Shown in pieces: positions 58,001 through 64,000 of a stretch of 64,000 nt of DNA. This DNA is from a virus. The notes under the pieces were generated by a model that saw only the letters and a program-made list of their open reading frames with translations, had not been told where the DNA came from and did no database searches. The stretch spans positions 1 to 64,000 of IMG/VR virus record IMGVR_UViG_3300010373_000003, one strand, 5' to 3'. A program made the position numbers and the translations under genes. Position 1 is the first letter of the stretch. Each line of letters opens with the position of its first letter.

Positions 58001-61000
58001 AAATCTAAACTAGGTGAAGGTCATGAAATTAAAGTTGAGTATGATCTTAATCAATATGATATTAAACATTTAAATAGCGCTTATAATGGTGTACAACTTG
58101 ATAAATCTCGTAATGTGGCTATTGTTATGCATAATAGCTTGGCTAATAGTAATAACAACAGGAACGTTGTTGGTAAAATCCTTACAGTTTATAGTTCTCA
58201 AACTACAGCTCATATTCTAGATGCTGTTAAAGAAGGTACTATTTTCAATGAGAATGATTATACCTTTGGAACATTTAAAACTCTTATTGATGTAGGTATT
58301 GATTATGAAACTGCTATTGGTTTCTTAATGCAACCAGGAATTACTAAGATTGTAGATGCTTACTTCCAAAGTAAAAGTATTTATATTAATAGTACTTCTA
58401 ACCCTATTAATGTTGCTATTAAGTCTATAGCTACTGATCTAGGTATTACTATTGGAGGACGTGCTATTGATGACTATACCCCTGTTAAGAGTGTAGTACA
58501 AAGATTGAGTACTTACCCGAGATTGCAAATGGCGTATAGACAGCTGTTTGCAGCTAATCTAGGATATAATAATACTATTGACGTACAATCACAAAACCTT
58601 AATGGTTTAATGCTTCAGAACCGCTTAAAAGGGGTTGAAATAACTAATACTTTAACATTAACACTAGATCAACAACAGTATCAAAATGCTGCTTTTGATT
58701 TAGCTATGATTGCTAACTTTGATAAGTATCGTAAGACTACTCGTAATATTGAAGCTTTAGCTAGAGTTAGTAATCCTGATAGGTTTGGTGCTAAGCAAAC
58801 AATTAGAGGAACTAGAGTTACTTTAAATAATATTGCTAAATATGCTACTGATCCTAATGATATAGTTGGTGAAACTATAATGGTTGGAAATAAGAATATT
58901 ATTCAATCTTTATACCCAGGTTTTAATACTAGAGAAGGTATAGATATTACTAATAGTTCTTATCCATATCTTGCTGCGTTTTTAAAGTTTGCTACTCAAC
59001 CTAGTGTTGAAGCTAATAGTCAGTTGTTTCCTACTGAAAGTAATAGTTATAATGCTATTACAGATACTGTTCAAGCTAGAATGGGTATTAATTTTACTGA
59101 TGAACAGTATAAAGAATATAAACAATATATGATTTCTAATGTTTATGCTGGTGTTCCATTTTTAACATCACCTTTAACATTGAATGAATATGGTTTAATT
59201 ACTTTAGATAATGTAGCTATTGAAGCTGAAGTTAATTTAAATAATCAATATTGGGATGTTGAACGTTCTAGAATATTTGGTTACGATGTTACCCAAAGTG
59301 GCAATATTACTATTAAAGATATTAATAATCCTAATGAGGAAGAAGTATTTAATTTTAATCAACTTACTCCTGCTCAGAAAGTTATATGGATTCAACGTAA
59401 TTTTAATGAAGGTAGAGGTGTATTTGATTTCTTAGATGTTAATACTTTTAATCAGTATGAGTTTAAGAATAAAGGATTTAGTAGTCAATCTATTAAATAT
59501 AGTGATCAAATTGATGATATTGAAGAAGTGTATGTTGCTTTTAGAGATAGCTTCTTTAATAAGAATCCTTTAGTTAGACTTGCTACTATTGACTTAATTA
59601 AGTATTCTTTTGTTGCTGAAGGGTTTAAATTTAAACGTGGAAGTATTAGTAAAATTATTACTAATGATACGTTGTATTCTAATCTAGAAGATAAAGGTAT
59701 TAATCTAATTGAAGCTATACAGCAACAATTTATGATTTATAATAATCCTCTTGAAGCTACTACTCAAAAGTTTATTGATAAGTTTATACGTAGTCATAGT
59801 GAACTTGTTAAAGAAGTTTCTATTCCTAAAGGTAAAACTGATAAACAAGGTAATGAGAATATTGGTCGTAAGTTTAATAGACAAATACAAGGAGAGAATA
59901 TAGTTTTTATTCCTTTTGCTGAGTCTACTAAAGAGTTACTAGAACATCTTAACATTATTGAAGATAGTCCTAAAGGTTATGTTAGAATTGGTAGATATAT
60001 CAATGATACTCAACGTAGAACTACTTTATATAAAGTTACTAATACTAGACAAGGTGTTTATTTAACTCCTTTGAATATACTTGAACGTAATGAGACTTCT
60101 GAGTATTCAGTTAATGCTAAAAATAACTTATATAAAGCTACTGAATATTATGATGCTATAATTAATTTATCTGTAGATAATGGAGTTCCTGTTAATGAGT
60201 TACTTAAAGATGGTAAAACTGTTGAACAACTTAATATTCTTAAAGATCAGTTTACTATAACTCCTCATAAGTCTAAACATATAATTGAAAGTGTTGAAAA
60301 CACTAATGAAGTTATTAGAGTTATGCAGTATGGTACTAATATTGAGCAAGCTGAGACTGCTAAGTTTGTATCTGACATTGTAGATTACATAACTTCCCCT
60401 GTAGAGGAAGCAGGTAACTATGGCGTTATTAAAAATGATAATGGTTTTATTAATTCTCTTATCCCTCATGGTGTTTCTGTTATTCAGAACATACCTAATG
60501 GTGAAGATATTATAACTGTTAAGATTACTAAACATACTAAGAAGAATGGTTTAAGTAAACAATTTGAATATGTACTTAAAGGAGACAAACGTGGAGATCT
60601 TGCTAAGGTTAAACCTGAAGAAAGAAAGGCTTTACAGAACTCTATTGATGCTAAAAGTATTAGACCTACATTATATAAGATTGAAAGGGTTACCAGTGAA
60701 CAAGAAAGAGAGAACTACGAAGAACTTAGAAAACAAGTAGAAGATCAAGCTGCTTCTCAAATGAATGCAGTTACTAATCTAATTGAAGACTTTGATGTAG
60801 ATGTTGTTTTCAATTATACTGAAACTGATAAGGTTGCTAAAGATATATTTAATGAACTTAATAAACGTGCTTTATCTAATGATGATAAACGTGCTGTTAA
60901 ATTTAAGAAAGCTATGGATATAGCAGGTATAGATAGGACTAGTGCTAATTCTATACATGATAATAAGAGAAATATATATACTTCTGCTGCTAAGTATTAT

Positions 61001-64000
61001 ACTGAACGTTCACATGAACTTCTTTCTAATATTGAAAGCTTTACAGGTATTAACGGAGAACAATACTCTATAGATAATCCTGATTTGTATAAACATCTTA
61101 CTGAATATCCTGAAGATTATCCTTTGTTACTTAAACTTATACTTGATGCTAAAACATTTGGTGATCAGTTTTATGATATATTTAATCTTAATTTAGTTGG
61201 AGAAGATGAAAGTACTAGTAAAGCTATTGAGAAAACAAGAGCGGCAATTAATAATGTTCGTACTAGTTCTAAGCTTAAGAACGCTGTTAATCTTATGTTC
61301 AATGATTATATTGCTAACAATTATTCTACTAATTCTTTAGTTCGTCATGGTATTATTGAACTTAAAACTCAATTTGGAGATACAGACTGGTTTGATTCTA
61401 TATTTAGTGATGTTGGTGAGTTAAATCATAAACAAGTTCAATCTGTTGTTAAATATGTTAATACTGTTATTAATGAAGCTACTAAAGTTATAGCTCCTAA
61501 ATCTATTAATACTTTTAATAAACAATATGAGACTATAGAGAAGTCTACTGGTCCTTTTGATATTAATAATATTATAACTAAACAAGGTAAGTTTGTAACT
61601 CCTTATACTGAACAGTTTTTAGAAGATAGAGAGAAGATTGTTAGTGATGTTAAAGTTGCTAAGGATACATATGGTATTGATAGTATACAGTATGTTAAAG
61701 CTAAATTAGCTAGAGACGAATGGAGAGCAAAGAATGTTCATCAAGATATTATTTCTACATACTATAATGAGAATAATGCTTTACTTCGTAATGTTATTAA
61801 TCAAGCTCCTGATGAGTATATTGAATACATGAGACTTATTCATGAGTTATATGGTGATCAACGTAGTCCTAGTCTTTTAACTAAAGAAGAGAAAGATTAT
61901 CGTAAAGAACTTAATACTAAGATACGTAATATTACTTCTGACTTTAATCAATCTGGTGAACTTAAATCTGATAAGCAACGTTTTCAAGCTGCTAGACTTA
62001 AGAACTATATTAATGCTAAAAAGCTTCTTAATGAAGAGTATTTTGATTATAATGAGACTGATGGATTTAAAGATACAGTTGAGTATTATACTAATATTAT
62101 TAAACAGTATGAAAAGAAACATCCTTTAGAGACTTTAGATCAGAAGCTTAATAATAGTAATTATGCTGAAGCTTATGAATGGATTAAAGGTAATACTATT
62201 TATACTTTAGATGCAGCTACACAAAAGATTATTAGTGATTCTTTTGCTGCGTTAAAATCTAAAGATAACACTAGTTCTTTTGAAGTTAAGAAGATTCTTA
62301 AAGATAGTGATGCTTATGATAGATATGGTAACATTGATGCTCGTAAGTTATCAACTGAACAGCTTACTAAGATTAAACAACTTACTGAACATAAGTTTTC
62401 ATGGACTTATGAGAGTAATGCTGGTGAGGCTATTTTAATTAAAGATGTTCCTTCTGATCTACCTGTACTTAGTGATAAGTTCTATAGAATGCTTCGTGGT
62501 TCTAGTGAGAATGATAGCGGAGTCAATGTTGAAAGGATTGCTGTTATAGGTAAAATTAATGCATTATTAGGTAGAGCTGTTGATCGTAATACTGGTCAGA
62601 TTAATTCTAAAGATCTATTTGATAAACTTACTGAAGACGAACTTAATGATTTAGGTTCATATTATAGAAGATTACATAATATTAAAGGTGATCGTAACAA
62701 TAAAGAGTTAGCTGAGAAGTTTAAAGCTAATGTTGATTTTAAAGTTAATGATGCTGCTTTTAATAGAGAATGGGCTTATGCTCAATCTAATCTTAAGAAT
62801 ACTAAACATTATGATACTTGGTTAAATATCTTTATTCAAACTAATAAAGATGGAGAATACGTTACTGATGAGCAAGGTAAATTTGTAGCTAATAATGATA
62901 TTTTTGGTTATATTGAACCTAAGGACAAAACTTATATAGATGCTGAAAGAACAGCGGCTAGACAAGTTTTAGAAAATGATATAGAATATGTACCTACTGA
63001 ATACTATTATGCTGCTTTAAAGGAAGCTTCTAACAATGGTACTTTCAATGAATGGTATAATGCTAATCATGTATTCAATCCTTATTCTCATAGAATGGAA
63101 CCTCTTAAGGTTTGGACTGAAATGCAAGTTAATCCTAATGGTAATCTTAATGGAACATATAGTTATGCTCCTACTTATGAGAATACTGAACGTACTGTTA
63201 AAGATGATTTTATAAATCCTAATCATAAACAATACTCTACTAATTATAATACTGATAGTGGTGATTATAATAATCTATCTAAACTTTCTACTAAAGAAAG
63301 AGATATGTTAGATCTATTACAATCTACTATAAATGCTCATGCTAGTACTCACTCTATGAGAATGTTTGCAGAACAAGGTTATTTACCTAGACGTGCTAGA
63401 CATACTCCTGATGCTAAATGGTATGTTGGTCAAGCTTTAGGTTCAATGGGTTTAGAGTTTAGAAATACTGGTGAACAGCAATGGACTGATAAGATTGATT
63501 ATACTAATGATTTTGATACAGACTTTGACATGATGTCATTGATTAAACAAAAAGGGTATAAAGAACGTATCAAAATTGATAGTAAAGGTACTAGAGAGTC
63601 TGATGAAGATTATGCTAAACGTGTAGAGGATATTCGTAAAGAGAATAAACTTATAGATGAAGCTAATCTTAAACTAGATAATGAGATATTAGATAATGAT
63701 TGGAAAAGTGTATTTAATGACTTTATAAATAAGTCTACTGAATATAATGCTAAACAACGTGCTAAGAATACTGTATATTTATTACTAGAAGATCTTAAAG
63801 ATTCTCCTGCTTTTAAAGAAAGTGCTTGGGGTAGAAACCTTAAGAGAGATGGAGCTAGAAGTACTAACGAACAAGATAGTTATCAAACAGTTGGACAAAC
63901 TAATACTCATAAGACTGTTGAGAACTGGGCTAGACGTATTTTGTTTGATCAGTTTAAGAAAGGTAGTCCTTATAGTAAATATGCTGATTTAGCACAAAAC
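52028..64000 (+). CDS. virion DNA-dependent RNA polymerase of crAss type, >3990 aa, 3' end outside window (absent from ORF track)
   Basis: ATG 52028 (MSCIEYGFTIQ); in-frame GYRIPTEGKQS near 56948 and QTGSDFDVD with DFDVD at 57071-57085; the same frame is still open at 64000 and the track reports no stop-terminated ORF in it. Confidence 0.9.
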   Translation, partial: MSCIEYGFTIQGDVDNKLARSVEYVAGADYTKATILASYFGTEDFAQYVEQETETRDYANVNANTMRRLLGSFFVSRHNSINNTINKKNADTLNGFSSAKAKTIAKDHTANLIIESYYNEINKPKADRIGKDAIIREVSKTINNHFNSKVAVPLIKRVQAENTNKAALSLIEKASAINAQIKDLNRQRTNLVAQFNQDQEEGVSTILDTSIDAIGTQLATKDSERYVIFKNIIELAGNVREKNYSTLTSQVRGNTYSWYESVFATSKLVNLVDEFNITLENDKIIERNYTDENDVSNPDSDSVDEMSKSWEDSLYGSFDRHVNAKLKVYLDRVYRLATPTPIGSNEYQFDDNNELGVPMTIGANFIIAQISNYATFNSVDDFINSVSRVSQINPALYGLSKVVNDMLADRVFANQVFQQLANPKIAKTIITIADNDINFDQSNKSADALSHLVFNFINSAKSNYRSSFSLSDKESIKDGLLNLNKVKDVNVFNNGAIIKSTDDLINGLLVKYFPKIDRSSVNNYLRNNPADSVNIYKGVLQDLSGLINSVEDIVDDYNSKWGDYLGQYRTWANKRKIANEIGESFGEPMPVFDYSSVDYNKLYPSVISLAKKLVNYTAVKNELNSINAEGNMASDLIGNNYITNFLKQIQYGTAEEADAGLNRLKDFITKSPQYKYSPFYFGTKDSRGNTLVEGLFNRDISGKVTVNPNARNMINISLFDGAKDRSNSKSTMYSGMSKGDYFLTQLVAFNTPINYVTQEGNNVPTAGFFMRTPSDAPKNFIVQAPKYNIDGLWQVVTASRNQYVADIQKELGNKFTFTNEGQYIDMSEDIITGSIKGKISNNVMTAEQIYDMFRNPIDNKTYTNLYHTYDPNTNKVLIPIIYNTEEGPLITYLEGDKVVGTVNNIAENIVIKEVYTFSNMLDGVLPYEFLIDIADTITQDGINEGRIQRSIDKNNPAFRALHAHALGEVNNFVNNLNNVFEKKAGKWVTKSNTHNLIDRAHYNGDSVVKDGVLTGNFFNFIRLFETQGYKANEEIKNAFFLYGGDTANGIDPLLVKNKKGDLTLNINRKDLIAINNNHIELSISDNNLEVIDSVVENWLNNYYNEVLDKTSQFNTIIEDRYSNNDIVDYAVNNAIMEMNFDDVFEGDSKFYKGPQDFLKRAKEVQAAGKAYTGFNINEAIGGPVHPIKDASGGEIPIMVNGVEVAKARNGFKGVTIYNTVRPSQSAGQIKQELVGILTPSVGKTEANRIATEISQGYFDSTKVNDAQSYITLDEFIARRHADGTLNDYQDLLAQLTDDKISVGDMNLKGINARIQVQKNFYFDKQFDDNTGTFYPRQIKNAEFVLIPKLIKGTDLETLYNIMKANGVDQVNTVEASKAAKKNILTFWDNQGVANAEAFDASLKADNNIAIEDYYYQYLYKQQDVADHMVNEKNKAGIQIMKKIIDNANAEVQGDIDNFFNSYVANIKDDFNMLLNRMGWRVENGSLVDSSGKTNADGKNVLQFEDFYKKARVEAQRLGMDSNFIEYLTPDQFGSPVMPNYMNNVSSKLESIAQSIFNNGVTRQTLPGWHAAQVTSVGHGVPSLGEDGVWRTLKYHPQVTREDGTVVQEAYAEVMLPRWSTLIPKDYDISKLESEGIDIHLGYRIPTEGKQSISNLKVVAFLDEVYGSTIMVPDEWVTQTGSDFDVDSVYGISHEIYKDREGTIKKVQFDNSTEVKDVERRYVNYINGAIEHRVDKDIIPDEFITDKVNEARDQIKDLDIVRKESKYLGELISNHGSIYRQLPTEVQDQVKSINRRFRTGNIYDRYNALAATFEVLSSQETGELKDVYEEFGSYSEAIANAYEYIKSIDTDSIPKFNKSEVIKGIFENARIEYLNKVKKAAKASNLVTYEEFANWSIEDQNSRKARNNRILDSMINVMNNSNSREENYSRSNFDDLSNAMKKMNALRGASSIVRSAYNPLDQVDFMENAMSGATLKAFSVTRDTFNSVNNYTKSKLGEGHEIKVEYDLNQYDIKHLNSAYNGVQLDKSRNVAIVMHNSLANSNNNRNVVGKILTVYSSQTTAHILDAVKEGTIFNENDYTFGTFKTLIDVGIDYETAIGFLMQPGITKIVDAYFQSKSIYINSTSNPINVAIKSIATDLGITIGGRAIDDYTPVKSVVQRLSTYPRLQMAYRQLFAANLGYNNTIDVQSQNLNGLMLQNRLKGVEITNTLTLTLDQQQYQNAAFDLAMIANFDKYRKTTRNIEALARVSNPDRFGAKQTIRGTRVTLNNIAKYATDPNDIVGETIMVGNKNIIQSLYPGFNTREGIDITNSSYPYLAAFLKFATQPSVEANSQLFPTESNSYNAITDTVQARMGINFTDEQYKEYKQYMISNVYAGVPFLTSPLTLNEYGLITLDNVAIEAEVNLNNQYWDVERSRIFGYDVTQSGNITIKDINNPNEEEVFNFNQLTPAQKVIWIQRNFNEGRGVFDFLDVNTFNQYEFKNKGFSSQSIKYSDQIDDIEEVYVAFRDSFFNKNPLVRLATIDLIKYSFVAEGFKFKRGSISKIITNDTLYSNLEDKGINLIEAIQQQFMIYNNPLEATTQKFIDKFIRSHSELVKEVSIPKGKTDKQGNENIGRKFNRQIQGENIVFIPFAESTKELLEHLNIIEDSPKGYVRIGRYINDTQRRTTLYKVTNTRQGVYLTPLNILERNETSEYSVNAKNNLYKATEYYDAIINLSVDNGVPVNELLKDGKTVEQLNILKDQFTITPHKSKHIIESVENTNEVIRVMQYGTNIEQAETAKFVSDIVDYITSPVEEAGNYGVIKNDNGFINSLIPHGVSVIQNIPNGEDIITVKITKHTKKNGLSKQFEYVLKGDKRGDLAKVKPEERKALQNSIDAKSIRPTLYKIERVTSEQERENYEELRKQVEDQAASQMNAVTNLIEDFDVDVVFNYTETDKVAKDIFNELNKRALSNDDKRAVKFKKAMDIAGIDRTSANSIHDNKRNIYTSAAKYYTERSHELLSNIESFTGINGEQYSIDNPDLYKHLTEYPEDYPLLLKLILDAKTFGDQFYDIFNLNLVGEDESTSKAIEKTRAAINNVRTSSKLKNAVNLMFNDYIANNYSTNSLVRHGIIELKTQFGDTDWFDSIFSDVGELNHKQVQSVVKYVNTVINEATKVIAPKSINTFNKQYETIEKSTGPFDINNIITKQGKFVTPYTEQFLEDREKIVSDVKVAKDTYGIDSIQYVKAKLARDEWRAKNVHQDIISTYYNENNALLRNVINQAPDEYIEYMRLIHELYGDQRSPSLLTKEEKDYRKELNTKIRNITSDFNQSGELKSDKQRFQAARLKNYINAKKLLNEEYFDYNETDGFKDTVEYYTNIIKQYEKKHPLETLDQKLNNSNYAEAYEWIKGNTIYTLDAATQKIISDSFAALKSKDNTSSFEVKKILKDSDAYDRYGNIDARKLSTEQLTKIKQLTEHKFSWTYESNAGEAILIKDVPSDLPVLSDKFYRMLRGSSENDSGVNVERIAVIGKINALLGRAVDRNTGQINSKDLFDKLTEDELNDLGSYYRRLHNIKGDRNNKELAEKFKANVDFKVNDAAFNREWAYAQSNLKNTKHYDTWLNIFIQTNKDGEYVTDEQGKFVANNDIFGYIEPKDKTYIDAERTAARQVLENDIEYVPTEYYYAALKEASNNGTFNEWYNANHVFNPYSHRMEPLKVWTEMQVNPNGNLNGTYSYAPTYENTERTVKDDFINPNHKQYSTNYNTDSGDYNNLSKLSTKERDMLDLLQSTINAHASTHSMRMFAEQGYLPRRARHTPDAKWYVGQALGSMGLEFRNTGEQQWTDKIDYTNDFDTDFDMMSLIKQKGYKERIKIDSKGTRESDEDYAKRVEDIRKENKLIDEANLKLDNEILDNDWKSVFNDFINKSTEYNAKQRAKNTVYLLLEDLKDSPAFKESAWGRNLKRDGARSTNEQDSYQTVGQTNTHKTVENWARRILFDQFKKGSPYSKYADLAQN
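55145..55160 (+). repeat. dispersed 16-bp element, copy 11 (TTCCTCTACGGGGGAG)
   Basis: Different reading frame: encodes FLYGG. Confidence 0.9.
60394..60409 (-). repeat. dispersed 16-bp element, copy 12 (TTCCTCTACAGGGGAA)
   Basis: + strand TTCCCCTGTAGAGGAA, 14/16 match; encodes SPVEE. Confidence 0.75.

Noticed and set aside
572-60409. 16-bp element as a CRISPR array or as insertion-sequence ends
   Set aside because: Copies are kilobases apart, in both orientations and inside intact genes; there are no spacers, target-site duplications or transposase
51935-63232. Many short track ORFs in this interval and antisense ORFs throughout the plus-strand block
   Set aside because: They are shadow frames of long genes, with Ile/Ser/Phe/Leu-rich composition typical of AT-rich antisense DNA

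Overview
A 64-kb, strongly AT-rich segment of a crAss-like (Crassvirales) bacteriophage genome read in the standard genetic code; the host is probably a Bacteroidota. Layout: (1) 1-6.9 kb, minus strand: small early/accessory genes, including several paralog pairs, a very acidic 59-aa ORF missing from the ORF track and one tRNA-Arg(UCU), partly arranged as promoter-gene-terminator cassettes. (2) 6.9-8.6 kb: a strand-switch region with a RepL-like winged-helix gene and origin-like non-coding DNA. (3) 8.6-64 kb, plus strand: HU/IHF-like and PD-(D/E)XK genes, lysis genes, TerL, portal, scaffold-like protein, major capsid protein, ring and tail genes, an SGNH/glycoside-hydrolase receptor-binding block, holin, tail stabilisation protein, cargo proteins, a 2112-aa zincin-motif protein and a >3990-aa virion RNA polymerase that runs off the window. 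The most striking unexplained signal is a GC-rich 16-bp element (TTCCTCTACGGGGGAG and variants) found 12 times, mostly 2.4-8 kb apart. It occurs inside and between genes, in several reading frames, and its sequence variant tracks its orientation relative to transcription. Also notable: a small protein carrying two copies of a major-capsid-like peptide and split by a 20-bp tandem duplication; an apparently split GH108 endolysin whose missing C-terminal motif sits on a neighbouring lipoprotein; and a putative phage early-promoter motif. All family assignments come from motif recognition and gene order, not database searches.
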